Sequence record: OR525702.1
Direction: 5' to 3' (one strand)
Length of the DNA stretch: 64,000 bases
DNA from: Escherichia phage vB-Eco-KMB23
Below, one piece after another: positions 46,704 to 61,292 of this stretch. Below the pieces are notes generated by a model. It was not told where the DNA came from. It saw only the letters and a list, made by a program, of their open reading frames with translations, and searched no databases. Within the stretch, counting starts at the first letter, position 1. Every line of letters begins with the position of its first letter. Made by a program: the position numbers and the translations under genes.

Positions 46704-46997
46704 ATGTCAGGATTAAGTTATGATAAGTGTGTTACTGCTGGCCATGAAGCGTGGCCTCCAACAGTTGTGAATGCTACACAAAGTAAAGTATTCACTGGAG
46801 GAATTGCTGTTCTCGTAGCAGGCGATCCAATTACAGAACATACAGAAATTAAAAAGCCATATGAAACACATGGCGGAGTGACACAACCCAGAACTTCTAA
46901 AGTATATGTCACTGGAAAGAAAGCTGTTCAAATGGCTGATCCAATATCATGCGGTGATACTGTGGCTCAGGCATCATCTAAAGTATTCATTAAATAG
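46704..46997 (+). CDS. 5.4: Baseplate spike tip protein gp5.4 (PAAR-like)
   Basis: 97 aa as T4 gp5.4. Confidence 0.85.
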
Positions 46998-47005
46998 GAT
47001 TTAAA

Positions 47006-48988
47006 ATGGCAAATACCCCTGTAAATTATCAATTAACAAGAACAGCAAATGCTATTCCCGAGATATTCGTCGGGGGTACGTTTGCTGAAATAAAACAAAA
47101 CCTCATTGAATGGCTTAATGGTCAAAATGAATTTTTGGATTATGATTTTGAAGGCTCAAGATTAAACGTTCTGTGTGACCTTTTAGCTTATAATACATTA
47201 TACATTCAACAGTTTGGTAATGCTGCTGTGTATGAAAGCTTTATGCGTACTGCTAACTTACGAAGTTCAGTTGTTCAAGCTGCACAAGATAACGGATATT
47301 TACCTACTTCAAAATCCGCTGCGCAGACCGAAATTATGTTAACATGCACCGACGCATTGAATAGGAATTACATTACTATTCCTCGCGGAACTCGCTTTTT
47401 AGCATATGCAAAAGATACTTCTGTTAATCCATACAACTTCGTTTCTACCGAAGACGTTATTGCTATTCGTGATAAAAATAACCAATATTTTCCGCGTTTA
47501 AAATTGGCCCAGGGACGTATAGTAAGAACTGAAATCATTTATGATAAATTAACACCTATTATCATTTATGATAAAAATATTGATAGAAACCAGGTTAAAT
47601 TATATGTTGATGGAGCGGAATGGATTAACTGGACGAGAAAGTCAATGGTTCATGCTGGTTCAACATCAACGATTTATTATATGCGTGAAACTATTGATGG
47701 AAACACTGAATTCTATTTTGGTGAAGGTGAAATTTCTGTTAATGCTTCTGAAGGAGCTTTGACCGCTAATTATATCGGAGGTCTTAAACCTACTCAGAAC
47801 TCTACGATTGTTATTGAGTACATTAGTACTAATGGTGCTGACGCGAACGGAGCAGTCGGATTTTCATACGCAGATACATTAACAAATATAACTGTCATCA
47901 ATATTAATGAAAATCCAAACGATGACCCAGATTTTGTTGGGGCAGATGGCGGCGGTGATCCAGAAGATATTGAGCGTATTCGCGAATTGGGTACTATTAA
48001 ACGCGAAACCCAGCAACGATGCGTAACTGCGACTGACTATGATACATTCGTTTCAGAGAGATTTGGTTCTATTATTCAAGCAGTTCAAACTTTCACTGAT
48101 TCTACTAAACCTGGGTATGCATTTATTGCTGCTAAACCTAAATCAGGTCTGTATCTAACTACTGTACAACGTGAAGATATTAAAAATTATCTCAAAGACT
48201 ATAATTTAGCTCCTATTACGCCATCAATTATTTCTCCTAATTATCTTTTTATTAAGACTAATTTAAAAGTCACATATGCTTTAAATAAACTGCAAGAATC
48301 CGAGCAGTGGCTTGAAGGTCAAATAATTGATAAAATTGATCGCTATTATACCGAAGATGTAGAAATTTTTAACTCGTCTTTTGCCAAGTCTAAGATGTTG
48401 ACATATGTAGATGATGCAGATCATTCTGTCATTGGTTCATCAGCGACTATTCAAATGGTTCGTGAAGTACAAAACTTCTATAAAACACCTGAAGCAGGTA
48501 TTAAATACAATAATCAAATAAAAGATCGTTCTATGGAATCTAATACGTTTTCATTTAATTCTGGACGAAAGGTTGTAAATCCTGATACTGGTTTAGAAGA
48601 AGATGTATTATATGACGTTCGTATAGTATCAACAGACCGAGATTCTAAAGGAATCGGTAAAGTTATTATTGGTCCATTTGCTTCTGGCGATGTTACAGAA
48701 AATGAAAACATTCAGCCGTATACAGGCAACGATTTTAACAAATTAGCAAATTCTGATGGACGCGACAAATACTATGTTATCGGTGAAATAAATTACCCAG
48801 CTGACATGATTTATTGGAATATCGCTAAAATTAATTTAACATCTGAAAAATTTGAAGTTCAGACTATTGAATTATATTCTGACCCAACCGATGATGTTAT
48901 CTTTACTCGCGATGGTTCACTGATTGTATTTGAAAATGACTTACGTCCGCAATACTTAACTATCGATTTGGAGCCTATATCACAATGA
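47006..48988 (+). CDS. 6: Baseplate wedge protein gp6
   Basis: 660 aa as T4 gp6. Confidence 0.9.
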   Translation: MANTPVNYQLTRTANAIPEIFVGGTFAEIKQNLIEWLNGQNEFLDYDFEGSRLNVLCDLLAYNTLYIQQFGNAAVYESFMRTANLRSSVVQAAQDNGYLPTSKSAAQTEIMLTCTDALNRNYITIPRGTRFLAYAKDTSVNPYNFVSTEDVIAIRDKNNQYFPRLKLAQGRIVRTEIIYDKLTPIIIYDKNIDRNQVKLYVDGAEWINWTRKSMVHAGSTSTIYYMRETIDGNTEFYFGEGEISVNASEGALTANYIGGLKPTQNSTIVIEYISTNGADANGAVGFSYADTLTNITVININENPNDDPDFVGADGGGDPEDIERIRELGTIKRETQQRCVTATDYDTFVSERFGSIIQAVQTFTDSTKPGYAFIAAKPKSGLYLTTVQREDIKNYLKDYNLAPITPSIISPNYLFIKTNLKVTYALNKLQESEQWLEGQIIDKIDRYYTEDVEIFNSSFAKSKMLTYVDDADHSVIGSSATIQMVREVQNFYKTPEAGIKYNNQIKDRSMESNTFSFNSGRKVVNPDTGLEEDVLYDVRIVSTDRDSKGIGKVIIGPFASGDVTENENIQPYTGNDFNKLANSDGRDKYYVIGEINYPADMIYWNIAKINLTSEKFEVQTIELYSDPTDDVIFTRDGSLIVFENDLRPQYLTIDLEPISQ

Positions 48989-51900
48989 CAGTAAAAGCAC
49001 CTTCAGTCACTAGTCTCAGAATTTCCAAGTTATCCGCAAATCAGGTGCAAGTACGCTGGGATGACGTTGGTGCTAATTTCTACTATTTTGTAGAAATCGC
49101 TGAGACAAAAACAAACTCGGGGGAAAATCTCCCGAGTAATCAATACAGATGGATTAACTTAGGATATACTGCAAATAACAGCTTCTTTTTTGATGATGCT
49201 GACCCATTGACATCATACGTTATTAGAGTAGCTACAGCTGCACAAGATTTTGAGCAGTCTGATTGGATTTATACCGAAGAGTTTGAAACTTTTGCTACAA
49301 ATGCTTATACATTTCAAAACATGATTGAAATGCAATTAGCTAATAAATTCATTCAGGAAAAATTTACTCTTAATAATTCTGATTATGTTAATTTTAATAA
49401 TGACACTATAATGGCTGCATTGATGAATGAATCATTTCAATTCAGCCCATCATATGTTGACGTTTCATCAATAAGTAATTTTATTATTGGTGAAAATGAG
49501 TATCATGAAATACAGGGTTCTATTCAGCAAGTATGTAAGGATATTAACCGAGTTTATTTGATGGAATCAGAAGGGATTTTATACCTTTTTGAGCGCTATC
49601 AACCTGTAGTTAAAGTATCCAATGATAAAGGACAAACTTGGAAAGCTGTAAAGCTCTTCAATGACCGCGTAGGATATCCTTTATCTAAGACAGTATATTA
49701 CCAATCTGCGAACACAACATACGTTCTAGGATACGACAAGATTTTCTATGGCCGCAAATCTACTGATGTTAGATGGTCAGCTGATGATGTCAGATTTAGT
49801 TCGCAAGATATAACATTTGCTAAACTTGGTGACCAATTACATCTAGGATTTGATGTAGAAATTTTTGCCACTTACGCGACTTTACCAGCGAATGTATACC
49901 GCATTGCAGAAGCTATTACTTGTACAGATGATTACATTTACGTTGTCGCCAGAGACAAAGTTAGATACATAAAAACGAGTAATGCACCTATAGATTCTGA
50001 TCCATTATCTCCAACATATTCGGAAAGACTTTTTGAACCCGATACAATGACTATAACTGGAAATCCTAAAGCAGTATGCTATAAAATGGATTCTATCGGT
50101 GATAAAGTTTTTGCTCTTATTATTGGTGAAGTTGAAACATTAAATGCTAATCCTAGAACATCAAAAATAATTGATTCCGCTGATAAAGGAATATATGTTT
50201 TAAATCATGACGAAAAAACATGGAAAAGAGTTTTTGGTAATACTGAAGAAGAAAGAAGACGTATTCAACCCGGATATGCGAATATGTCAACTGATGGTAA
50301 ATTAGTTTCTCTATCATCGAGTAATTTTAAATTTTTAAGTGATAATGTTGTTAATGACCCTGAAACTGCAGCAAAATATCAGTTAATCGGTGCTGTTAAA
50401 TATGAATTTCCTCGTGAATGGTTAGCTGATAAGCATTATCATATGATGGCATTTATAGCAGATGAAAAGTCTGATTGGGAAACTTTTACGCCTCAGCCGA
50501 TGAAATACTACGCAGAACCGTTCTTTAACTGGTCTAAAAAATCTAACACACGTTGTTGGATAAACAACTCCGATAGGGTTGTAGTAGTTTATGCTGATTT
50601 AAAATACACTAAAGTTATAGAAAATATTCCGGAAACATCACCAGATAGATTAGTTCATGAATACTGGGATGATGGCGATTGTACTATAGTAATGCCAAAT
50701 GTTAAATTCACTGGATTTAAAAAATATGCATCTGGGATGCTTTTCTATAAAGCCTCTGGTGAAATAATTTCTTACTATGATTTTAACTATCGCGTGAGAG
50801 ATACAGTAGAAATTATTTGGAAGCCAACTGAAGTATTTTTAAAAGCATTTTTACAAAACCAAGAGCATGAAACTCCTTGGTCGCCCGAAGAAGAGCGTGG
50901 ATTAGCTGACCCTGATTTAAGACCATTGATTGGCACAATGATGCCTGATTCTTATTTGTTGCAGGATTCGAATTTTGAGGCATTTTGCGAAGCATATATT
51001 CAGTATCTTTCTGATGGATATGGAACTCAGTATAACAATTTACGAAATTTAATTCGTAACAAATATCCACGAGAAGAGCATGCATGGGAATATTTGTGGT
51101 CAGAGATATATAAAAGAAACATTTATTTAAATGCTGACAAACGTGATGCTGTTACAAGATTTTTCGAATCACGTAGCTATGATTTTTATTCTACTAAAGG
51201 AATTGAAGCATCATACAAATTTCTTTTTAAAGTTCTTTATAATGAAGAAGTTGAAATTGAAATTGAATCTGGGGCTGGTACTGAATATGATATAATCGTT
51301 CAATCTGATTCTTTGACTGAAGACTTAGTAGGACAAACGATTTATACAGCTACAGGAAGATGTAATGTTACTTATATAGAAAGAAGCTATTCTAATGGTA
51401 AATTGCAATGGACCGTAACTATTCATAATCTTTTGGGAAGATTGATTGCCGGTCAAGAAGTTAAAGCAGAAAGACTTCCTAGTTTTGAAGGCGAAATTAT
51501 TCGTGGGGTTAAAGGAAAGGATTTGCTTCAAAATAATATAGACTATATTAATAGAAGTCGATCATATTATGTAATGAAAATTAAATCCAACTTACCTTCT
51601 TCCCGCTGGAAATCTGACGTTATTCGTTTTGTTCATCCAGTAGGATTTGGATTTATAGCAATTACCCTTTTAACTATGTTTATTAATGTTGGTTTAACTC
51701 TTAAACATACAGAGACCATAATTAATAAATACAAAAACTATAAATGGGATTCTGGATTGCCTACTGAATATGCTGATAGAGTAGCTAAATTAACTCCGAC
51801 TGGTGAAATTGAGCATGATTCGGTAACAGGCGAAGCAATTTATGAGCCTGGCCCAATGGCTGGTGTAGAATATCCTCTTCCTGATGACTATAATGCTGAA

Positions 51901-52083
51901 AATAACAATTCAATATTTCAAGGTCAATTTCCGTCTGAACGACGTAAATTAATGAGTCCTCTATTTGACGCATCTGGAACAACATTTGCACAATTTAGGG
52001 ATTTAGTTAATAAACGTCTAAAAGATAATATAGGAAATCCAAGAGACCCTGAAAATCCAACACAGGTTAAAATAGATGAATGA
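48985..52083 (+). CDS. 7: Baseplate wedge initiator gp7
   Basis: 1032 aa as T4 gp7; 4-nt overlap with gene 6. Confidence 0.9.
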   Translation: MTVKAPSVTSLRISKLSANQVQVRWDDVGANFYYFVEIAETKTNSGENLPSNQYRWINLGYTANNSFFFDDADPLTSYVIRVATAAQDFEQSDWIYTEEFETFATNAYTFQNMIEMQLANKFIQEKFTLNNSDYVNFNNDTIMAALMNESFQFSPSYVDVSSISNFIIGENEYHEIQGSIQQVCKDINRVYLMESEGILYLFERYQPVVKVSNDKGQTWKAVKLFNDRVGYPLSKTVYYQSANTTYVLGYDKIFYGRKSTDVRWSADDVRFSSQDITFAKLGDQLHLGFDVEIFATYATLPANVYRIAEAITCTDDYIYVVARDKVRYIKTSNAPIDSDPLSPTYSERLFEPDTMTITGNPKAVCYKMDSIGDKVFALIIGEVETLNANPRTSKIIDSADKGIYVLNHDEKTWKRVFGNTEEERRRIQPGYANMSTDGKLVSLSSSNFKFLSDNVVNDPETAAKYQLIGAVKYEFPREWLADKHYHMMAFIADEKSDWETFTPQPMKYYAEPFFNWSKKSNTRCWINNSDRVVVVYADLKYTKVIENIPETSPDRLVHEYWDDGDCTIVMPNVKFTGFKKYASGMLFYKASGEIISYYDFNYRVRDTVEIIWKPTEVFLKAFLQNQEHETPWSPEEERGLADPDLRPLIGTMMPDSYLLQDSNFEAFCEAYIQYLSDGYGTQYNNLRNLIRNKYPREEHAWEYLWSEIYKRNIYLNADKRDAVTRFFESRSYDFYSTKGIEASYKFLFKVLYNEEVEIEIESGAGTEYDIIVQSDSLTEDLVGQTIYTATGRCNVTYIERSYSNGKLQWTVTIHNLLGRLIAGQEVKAERLPSFEGEIIRGVKGKDLLQNNIDYINRSRSYYVMKIKSNLPSSRWKSDVIRFVHPVGFGFIAITLLTMFINVGLTLKHTETIINKYKNYKWDSGLPTEYADRVAKLTPTGEIEHDSVTGEAIYEPGPMAGVEYPLPDDYNAENNNSIFQGQFPSERRKLMSPLFDASGTTFAQFRDLVNKRLKDNIGNPRDPENPTQVKIDE

Positions 52084-53080
52084 TTCAAGTGTTATCTATC
52101 GTGCGATAGTTACTTCAAAATTTAGAACAGAAAAAATGTTGAATTTTTATAATTCAATTGGAAGTGGTCCGGATAAAAACACTATCTTTATCACATTTGG
52201 AAGATCAGAACCGTGGTCATCAAATGAAAATGAGGTGGGCTTTGCTCCACCTTATCCTACCGATTCCGTATTAGGTGTAACTGACATGTGGACTCATATG
52301 ATGGGAACAGTAAAAGTTCTTCCATCAATGCTTGATGCAGTTATTCCTCGCAGAGATTGGGGAGATACTAGATATCCGGATCCATACACATTTAGAATTA
52401 ACGATATTGTAGTATGTAACTCAGCTCCTTACAACGCTACTGAATCAGGCGCAGGCTGGTTAGTATATCGTTGTTTAGATGTTCCTGATACCGGAATGTG
52501 TTCAATAACATCTTTAACTGATAAGGATGAATGCCTTAAGTTAGGTGGAAAATGGACTCCTTCTGCTAGGTCAATGACTCCGCCTGAAGGCCGAGGAGAT
52601 GCTGAAGGAACAATTGAACCTGGAGACGGATATGTTTGGGAATATTTATTTGAGATTCCGCCCGATGTATCTATAAATAGATGCACGAATGAATATATCG
52701 TGGTTCCTTGGCCTGAGGAATTAAAAGAAGACCCGACTAGATGGGGATATGAAGATAATCTCACTTGGCAACAAGATGATTTTGGATTAATTTACCGTGT
52801 TAAGGCAAATACTATCCGTTTTAAAGCATATTTAGATTCAGTTTATTTTCCTGAAGCTGCATTGCCAGGAAATAAAGGATTTAGACAAATATCAATAATC
52901 ACGAATCCTCTTGAAGCTAAAGCTCATCCAAATGACCCAAACGTTAAAGCTGAAAAGGATTATTATGATCCGGAAGATTTAATGAGGCATTCGGGCGAAA
53001 TGATTTATATGGAAAATAGGCCACCTATTATCATGGCAATGGATCAAACAGAAGAAATCAATATTCTGTTTACATTTTAA
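52076..53080 (+). CDS. 8: Baseplate wedge protein gp8
   Basis: 334 aa as T4 gp8; followed by terminator hairpin. Confidence 0.9.
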   Translation: MNDSSVIYRAIVTSKFRTEKMLNFYNSIGSGPDKNTIFITFGRSEPWSSNENEVGFAPPYPTDSVLGVTDMWTHMMGTVKVLPSMLDAVIPRRDWGDTRYPDPYTFRINDIVVCNSAPYNATESGAGWLVYRCLDVPDTGMCSITSLTDKDECLKLGGKWTPSARSMTPPEGRGDAEGTIEPGDGYVWEYLFEIPPDVSINRCTNEYIVVPWPEELKEDPTRWGYEDNLTWQQDDFGLIYRVKANTIRFKAYLDSVYFPEAALPGNKGFRQISIITNPLEAKAHPNDPNVKAEKDYYDPEDLMRHSGEMIYMENRPPIIMAMDQTEEINILFTF

Positions 53081-53085
53081 CTTAA

Positions 53086-53110
53086 GGGAGCCCATGGGCT
53101 CCCTTTTTCT
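53086..53110 (+). terminator. Rho-independent terminator after gene 8
   Basis: GGGAGCCCATGGGCTCCC followed by TTTTTCTTT. Confidence 0.7.
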
Positions 53111-53111
53111 T

Positions 53112-53119
53112 TATAAATA
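53112..53119 (+). promoter_or_regulatory. Late promoter (TATAAATA) for gene 9
   Basis: Exact TATAAATA right after the gp8 terminator and about 25 nt before gene 9 ATG. Confidence 0.6.
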
Positions 53120-53143
53120 CTATAAACTCATAAGGAAACCGCT

Positions 53144-54010
53144 ATGTTCATTCAAGAACCAAAGAAATTGATTGATACCGGCGAAATTGGTAACGCTTCT
53201 ACTGGTGATATCTTATTCGACGGTGGTAATAAAATTAATAGTGATTTTAACGCAATTTATAATGCGTTTGGCGATCAACGTAAAATGGCAGTAGCAAATG
53301 GAACTGGAGCAGATGGCCAAATTATCCATGCTACTGGATATTATCAAAAACACTCTATTGCAGAGTACGCAACTCCGGTAAAAGTTGGCACTAGGCATGA
53401 TATTGATACCTCTACTGTAGGTGTTAAAGTTATCATTGAAAGAGGCGAACTCGGCGATTGTGTTGAATTCATTAACTCAAATGGATCAATATCAGTTACT
53501 AATCCTTTAACAATTCAAGCTATTGATTCAATTAAAGGTGTTTCGGGTAATTTAGTAGTAACTAGTCCATATAGTAAAGTAACTTTACGCTGTATTTCAT
53601 CTGATAATTCTACGTCGGTTTGGAATTATTCTATTGAAAGTATGTTTGGACAAAAGGAATCACCAGCTGAAGGTACATGGAATATTTCTACATCTGGATC
53701 AGTTGACATTCCATTATTTCATCGCACTGAATACAATATGGCTAAATTGCTAGTTACGTGCCAATCAGTAGATGGAAGAAAAATTAAAACGGCAGAAATA
53801 AATATTCTTGTGGATACTGTTAATTCAGAGGTCATTTCTTCTGAATATGCTGTCATGCGAGTTGGGAATGAAACCGAAGAAGACGAAATCGCTAATATTG
53901 CATTTAGTATTAAAGAAAATTATGTAACGGCGACTATAAGTTCTCCAACTGTCGGTATGAGAGCAGCAGTTAAAGTTATCGCTACGCAGAAAATCGGGGT
54001 GGCTCAATAA
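53144..54010 (+). CDS. 9: Baseplate wedge / long tail fibre connector gp9
   Basis: 288 aa as T4 gp9; late promoter TATAAATA at 53112-53119. Confidence 0.9.
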   Translation: MFIQEPKKLIDTGEIGNASTGDILFDGGNKINSDFNAIYNAFGDQRKMAVANGTGADGQIIHATGYYQKHSIAEYATPVKVGTRHDIDTSTVGVKVIIERGELGDCVEFINSNGSISVTNPLTIQAIDSIKGVSGNLVVTSPYSKVTLRCISSDNSTSVWNYSIESMFGQKESPAEGTWNISTSGSVDIPLFHRTEYNMAKLLVTCQSVDGRKIKTAEINILVDTVNSEVISSEYAVMRVGNETEEDEIANIAFSIKENYVTATISSPTVGMRAAVKVIATQKIGVAQ

Positions 54011-55818
54011 TGAAACAAAATATTAATATCGGTAATGTTGTAGATGATGGTACCGGTGACTACCTGCGTAAAGGTGGTATAAAAATAAATGAAAACTTTG
54101 ATGAGCTTTATTATGAACTCGGTGATGGTGATGTTCCATATTCAGCTGGTGCCTGGAAAACTTATAATGCTTCATCAGGACAAATATTAACAGCAGAATG
54201 GGGAAAATCATACGCTATTAATACATCTTCTGGAAGAGTGACTATAAATCTTCCAAAGGGCACAGTCAATGATTACAACAAGGTAATTAGAGCTAGAGAC
54301 GTATTTGCTACATGGAACGTCAACCCCGTTACACTAGTAGCTGCTTCCGGCGATACGATTAAAGGGTCTGCAGTACCAGTTGAAATTAATGTTCAATTCA
54401 GCGATTTAGAACTAGTGTATTGTGCCCCAGGACGTTGGGAATATGTCAAAAATAAACAAATTGACAAAATTACCAGTTCAGACATTAGTAATGTAGCTCG
54501 TAAAGAATTTTTAGTCGAAGTCCAAGGACAAACAGACTTTTTAGATGTTTTCCGTGGAACCAGTTATAATGTAAATAACATCAGAGTAAAACATCGTGGT
54601 AACGAATTGTATTATGGCGATGTGTTTAGCGAAAACAGTGATTTTGGCTCTCCGGGCGAAAATGAAGGAGAACTAGTTCCTCTTGATGGATTTAATATTC
54701 GATTAAGACAGCCTTGTAATATTGGTGACACTGTTCAAATTGAAACATTTATGGATGGTGTATCACAGTGGAGAAGTTCATATACAAGACGTCAAATTAG
54801 ATTGTTAGATTCAAAATTAACGTCAAAAACTTCTTTAGAAGGAAGCATTTACGTTACTGATTTATCAACAATGAAATCAATTCCATTTTCTGCTTTTGGA
54901 TTAATTCCAGGAGAACCTATTAATCCTAACTCTCTTGAGGTTCGTTTTAATGGAATTTTGCAGGAATTAGCTGGCACAGTTGGAATGCCATTATTTCATT
55001 GTGTTGGTGCCGATTCAGACGATGAAGTAGAATGCTCTGTTTTAGGTGGAACTTGGGAACAATCTCATACCGATTATTCAGTTGAAACTGATGAAAACGG
55101 CATACCGGAAATTTTACATTTCGATAGAGTATTTGAGCATGGTGACATTATCAATATCACCTGGTTTAATAATGATTTGGGTACATTATTAACAAAAGAT
55201 GAGATTATTGATGAAACTGATAATCTTTATGTATCGCAAGGACCGGGAGTAGATATTTCTGGTGATGTAAATTTAACAGACTTCGATAAAATTGGTTGGC
55301 CAAATGTAGAAGCAGTTCAATCTTACCAACGCGAATTTAATGCTGTTTCAAATATCTTTGATACGATTTATCCTATTGGAACTATATATGAAAACGCTGT
55401 TAATCCAAACAACCCTGTTACATATATGGGATTCGGCTCATGGAAATTATTTGGGCAAGGAAAAGTTTTAGTTGGATGGAATGAAGATATTTCGGATCCG
55501 AATTTTGCTCTAAATAACAACGATTTAGATTCTGGCGGAAATCCTTCACATACTGCAGGTGGAACAGGTGGTTCTACTTCTGTTACATTGGAAAATGCTA
55601 ATCTTCCTGCAACTGAAACAGATGAAGAAGTTCTAATAGTTGATGAAAATGGATCAGTCATTGTTGGTGGATGTCAATACGATCCAGATGAATCTGGTCC
55701 AGTTTACACGAAATACCGTGAAGCTAAAGCATCTACTAACTCTACTCACACTCCGCCAACATCAATAACTAACATTCAACCATACATTACAGTTTATCGT
55801 TGGATAAGGATTGCATAA
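54010..55818 (+). CDS. 10: Baseplate wedge protein gp10
   Basis: 602 aa as T4 gp10. Confidence 0.9.
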   Translation: MKQNINIGNVVDDGTGDYLRKGGIKINENFDELYYELGDGDVPYSAGAWKTYNASSGQILTAEWGKSYAINTSSGRVTINLPKGTVNDYNKVIRARDVFATWNVNPVTLVAASGDTIKGSAVPVEINVQFSDLELVYCAPGRWEYVKNKQIDKITSSDISNVARKEFLVEVQGQTDFLDVFRGTSYNVNNIRVKHRGNELYYGDVFSENSDFGSPGENEGELVPLDGFNIRLRQPCNIGDTVQIETFMDGVSQWRSSYTRRQIRLLDSKLTSKTSLEGSIYVTDLSTMKSIPFSAFGLIPGEPINPNSLEVRFNGILQELAGTVGMPLFHCVGADSDDEVECSVLGGTWEQSHTDYSVETDENGIPEILHFDRVFEHGDIINITWFNNDLGTLLTKDEIIDETDNLYVSQGPGVDISGDVNLTDFDKIGWPNVEAVQSYQREFNAVSNIFDTIYPIGTIYENAVNPNNPVTYMGFGSWKLFGQGKVLVGWNEDISDPNFALNNNDLDSGGNPSHTAGGTGGSTSVTLENANLPATETDEEVLIVDENGSVIVGGCQYDPDESGPVYTKYREAKASTNSTHTPPTSITNIQPYITVYRWIRIA

Positions 55819-56477
55819 TGAGTTTACTTAATAATAAAGCGGGAGTTATTTCCCGCTTAGCCGATTTTCTTGGTTTTAGACCTAAAACTGGCGACATCGA
55901 TGTAATGAATCGTCAATCAGTTGGGTCAGTGACAATTTCTCAACTAGCGAAAGGATTTTATGAACCAAACGTAGAATCAGCTATTAATGATGTTCATAAT
56001 TTTTCTATAAAAGACGTTGGTACAATTATTACTAATAAAACTGGTGTTTCTCCTGAGGGTGTTTCTCAAACTGATTATTGGGCGTTTTCGGGAACTGTAA
56101 CAGATGATTCGCTTCCTCCTGGTTCTCCTGTTACTGTATTAGTATTTGGTCTTCCGGTTTCAGCAACAACAGGAATGACAGCTATCGAGTTTGTTGCCAA
56201 AGTTCGCGTTGCGCTGCAAGAAGCTATTGCGTCATTTACTGCTATCAATTCATATAAAGACCATCCAACTGACGGTAGTAAATTAGAAGTTACTTATTTA
56301 GATAATCAGAAACATGTATTAAGCACATATTCTACATATGGAATAACTATTTCCCAAGAAATTATTTCAGAATCTAAGCCTGGATATGGCACATGGAATT
56401 TGCTTGGTGCACAAACTGTAACTTTAGATAATCAGCAAACTCCAATAGTACTTTATCATTTTGAGAGAACAGCATGA
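55818..56477 (+). CDS. 11: Baseplate wedge / short tail fibre attachment protein gp11
   Basis: 219 aa from [19 protein letters not shown] as T4 gp11; ORF track adds 6 codons. Confidence 0.9.
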   Translation: MSLLNNKAGVISRLADFLGFRPKTGDIDVMNRQSVGSVTISQLAKGFYEPNVESAINDVHNFSIKDVGTIITNKTGVSPEGVSQTDYWAFSGTVTDDSLPPGSPVTVLVFGLPVSATTGMTAIEFVAKVRVALQEAIASFTAINSYKDHPTDGSKLEVTYLDNQKHVLSTYSTYGITISQEIISESKPGYGTWNLLGAQTVTLDNQQTPIVLYHFERTA

Positions 56478-58057
56478 GTAATAATACATATCAACACGTT
56501 TCTAATGAATCTCGCTATGTAAAATTTGATCCAACCGGTACAAATTTTCCGGCAGAGATTACTGATGTTCAGGCTGCTATAGCAGCCATTTCTCCTGCTG
56601 GTGTAAATGGAGTTCCTGACGCATCATCAACAACAAAGGGAATTTTATTTCTTGCCACTGAACAGGAAGTTATCGACGGAACTGATAATACCAAAGCAGT
56701 TACACCAGCAACGCTGGCAACAAGATTATCTTATCCAAACGCAACTGAAACTGTTTATGGATTAACAAGATATTCAACCAATGATGAAGCAATTGCCGGA
56801 GTTAATAATGAATCTTCTATAACTCCTGCTAAATTTACTGTTGCCCTTAATAATGCCTTTGAAACTCGTGTTTCAACTGAATCATCAAATGGAGTTATTA
56901 AAATTTCATCTCTACCGCAAGCATTAGCTGGCGCAGATGATACTACTGCAATGACTCCGTTAAAAACACAGCAGTTAGCTATTAAATTAATTGCGCAAAT
57001 CGCTCCTTCTGAAACCACAGCTACCGAATCTGACCAAGGTGTTGTTCAATTAGCGACAGTAGCTCAAGTTCGTCAAGGAACATTAAGAGAAGGCTATGCA
57101 ATTTCTCCTTATACGTTAATGAATTCTACTGCTACTGAAGAATATAAAGGCGTAATTAAATTAGGAACACAATCAGAAGTTAACTCGAATAATGCTTCTG
57201 TTGCGGTTACTGGCGCAACTCTTAATGGTCGTGGTTCTACAACGTCAATGAGAGGCGTAGTTAAATTAACTACAACCGCCGGCTCACAGAGTGGAGGTGA
57301 TGCTTCATCAGCACTAGCTTGGAATGCTGATGTTATCCACCAAAGAGGTGGTCAAACTATTAATGGAACACTTCGCATTAATAATACGCTCACGATAGCT
57401 TCAGGTGGAGCAAATATTACCGGAACAGTTAACATGACCGGTGGTTATATTCAAGGTAAGCGTGTCGTAACACAAAATGAAATTGATAGAACCATTCCTG
57501 TCGGAGCTATTATGATGTGGGCCGCTGATAGTCTTCCTAGTGATGCTTGGCGTTTTTGCCATGGCGGAACTGTTTCAGCATCAGATTGTCCATTATATGC
57601 TTCTAGAATTGGAACAAGATACGGCGGAAGTTCATCAAATCCTGGATTACCTGATATGCGCGGTCTTTTTGTTCGTGGCTCTGGTCGTGGCTCTCACTTA
57701 ACAAATCCAAATGTTAACGGTAATGACCAATTTGGCAAGCCTAGATTAGGCGTAGGTTGTACTGGTGGGTATGTTGGTGAAGTACAAAAACAACAGATGT
57801 CTTATCATAAACATGCTGGCGGATTTGGTGAGCATGATGATTCTGGAGCATTCGGTAATACCCGTAGATCAAATTTTGTTGGTACACGTAAAGGACTTGA
57901 CTGGGATAACCGTTCATATTTCACCAATGACGGTTATGAAATTGACCCAGCATCACAACGAAATTCCAAATATACATTAAATCGTCCTGAATTAATTGGA
58001 AATGAAACACGTCCATGGAACATTTCTTTAAACTACATAATTAAGGTAAAAGAATGA
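56474..58057 (+). CDS. 12: Short tail fibre protein gp12
   Basis: 527 aa as T4 gp12. Confidence 0.9.
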   Translation: MSNNTYQHVSNESRYVKFDPTGTNFPAEITDVQAAIAAISPAGVNGVPDASSTTKGILFLATEQEVIDGTDNTKAVTPATLATRLSYPNATETVYGLTRYSTNDEAIAGVNNESSITPAKFTVALNNAFETRVSTESSNGVIKISSLPQALAGADDTTAMTPLKTQQLAIKLIAQIAPSETTATESDQGVVQLATVAQVRQGTLREGYAISPYTLMNSTATEEYKGVIKLGTQSEVNSNNASVAVTGATLNGRGSTTSMRGVVKLTTTAGSQSGGDASSALAWNADVIHQRGGQTINGTLRINNTLTIASGGANITGTVNMTGGYIQGKRVVTQNEIDRTIPVGAIMMWAADSLPSDAWRFCHGGTVSASDCPLYASRIGTRYGGSSSNPGLPDMRGLFVRGSGRGSHLTNPNVNGNDQFGKPRLGVGCTGGYVGEVQKQQMSYHKHAGGFGEHDDSGAFGNTRRSNFVGTRKGLDWDNRSYFTNDGYEIDPASQRNSKYTLNRPELIGNETRPWNISLNYIIKVKE

Positions 58058-59517
58058 CAGATATTGTACTGAATGACTTACCATTCGTTGACGGCCCTCC
58101 TGCAGAGGGCCAGAGCCGCATTTCCTGGATTAAAAACGGCGAAGAAATATTAGGAGCTGACACACAGTATGGAAGCGAAGGTTCAATGAATAGACCTACA
58201 GTTTCTGTACTAAGAAATGTTGAAGTTCTTGATAAAAACATTGGAATACTCAAAACATCTTTAGAATCCGCGAATAGTGATATTAAAACAATTCAGGGCA
58301 TCTTAGATGTATCTGGTGATATTGAAGCTTTGGCCCAAATAAGTATCAATAAAAAGGATATTTCTGACCTTAAAACGCTAACCAGTGAACATACAGAAAT
58401 ATTAAATGGGACTAATAGTACGGTTGACAGCATTCTTGCTGATATTGGTCCATTTAACTCCGAGGCCAACTCTGTATACAGAACGATCAGAAATGATTTA
58501 CTGTGGATAAAGCGTGAACTTGGACAATATACAGGCCAAGATATTAATGGTCTTCCTGTTGTAGGAAATCCTAGCACAGGAATGAAGCATCGCATTATTA
58601 ATAATACTGATGTCATCACTTCACAGGGAATACGTTTAAGCGAATTAGAAACAAAATTCATTGAATCTGATGTAGGTTCTTTAACTATTGAAGTTGGTAA
58701 TCTTCGCGAAGAGCTTGGACCTAAACCACCGTCATTTTCACAAAACATCTACAGTCGTTTAAATGAAATTGACACTAAACAGACAACAGTTGAGTCTGAC
58801 ATTAGTGCTATTAAGACCTCAATAGGATATCCAGGAAATAATTCGATTATCACGAGTATTAATACAAACACTGATAATATTGCATCTATTAATTTAGAGC
58901 TAAATCAAAGTGGAGGTATTAAACAGCGTTTAACCGTTATTGAAACTTCTATTGGTTCAGATGATATTCCTTCGAGTATTAAAGGCCAAATCAAAGATAA
59001 TACAACTTCAATCGAAGCTCTAAATGGAATCGTCGGTGAAAACACTTCATCCGGTTTAAGAGCGAATGTTTCGTGGTTAAACCAAATTGTTGGAACTGAT
59101 TCTAGCGGTGGACAACCTTCTCCTCCTGGGTCTCTTTTAAACCGAGTTTCTACAATTGAAACTTCTGTTTCAAGCTTGAACAACGATGTTCAGAACCTAC
59201 AAGTAGAGATTGGTAATAACAGCACAGGAATTAAAGGGCAAGTTGTAGCGTTAAATACTTTAGTAAATGGAACTAATCCAAATGGTTCAACTGTCGAAGA
59301 ACGTGGATTAACCAATTCAATAAAAGCTAACGAAACCAACATTGCATCAGTTACACAAGAAGTGAATACAGCCAAAGGTAGTATATCTTCTCTGCAAGGT
59401 GATGTTCAAGCTCTACAAGAAGCAGGTTATATTCCTGAAGCTCCAAAAGATGGTCAAGCTTACGTTCGTAAAGACGGCGAATGGGTATTACTTTCTACCT
59501 TTTTATCACCAGCATAA
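58054..59517 (+). CDS. wac: Fibritin (whisker/neck antenna)
   Basis: 487 aa; coiled-coil segments; C-terminal foldon [27 protein letters not shown]. Confidence 0.95.
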   Translation: MTDIVLNDLPFVDGPPAEGQSRISWIKNGEEILGADTQYGSEGSMNRPTVSVLRNVEVLDKNIGILKTSLESANSDIKTIQGILDVSGDIEALAQISINKKDISDLKTLTSEHTEILNGTNSTVDSILADIGPFNSEANSVYRTIRNDLLWIKRELGQYTGQDINGLPVVGNPSTGMKHRIINNTDVITSQGIRLSELETKFIESDVGSLTIEVGNLREELGPKPPSFSQNIYSRLNEIDTKQTTVESDISAIKTSIGYPGNNSIITSINTNTDNIASINLELNQSGGIKQRLTVIETSIGSDDIPSSIKGQIKDNTTSIEALNGIVGENTSSGLRANVSWLNQIVGTDSSGGQPSPPGSLLNRVSTIETSVSSLNNDVQNLQVEIGNNSTGIKGQVVALNTLVNGTNPNGSTVEERGLTNSIKANETNIASVTQEVNTAKGSISSLQGDVQALQEAGYIPEAPKDGQAYVRKDGEWVLLSTFLSPA

Positions 59518-59520
59518 CAT

Positions 59521-59546
59521 GGGGCCGCAAGGCCCCAAAGGATTTT
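59521..59546 (+). terminator. Stem-loop after wac, candidate terminator
   Basis: GGGGCCGCAAGGCCCC followed by aaaggattttt. Confidence 0.4.
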
Positions 59547-59549
59547 TAA

Positions 59550-61251
<1,702 letters not shown>

Positions 61252-61292
61252 TAAATATTATAAACTAATTAAAGCCCAGATTAGGAGAAATC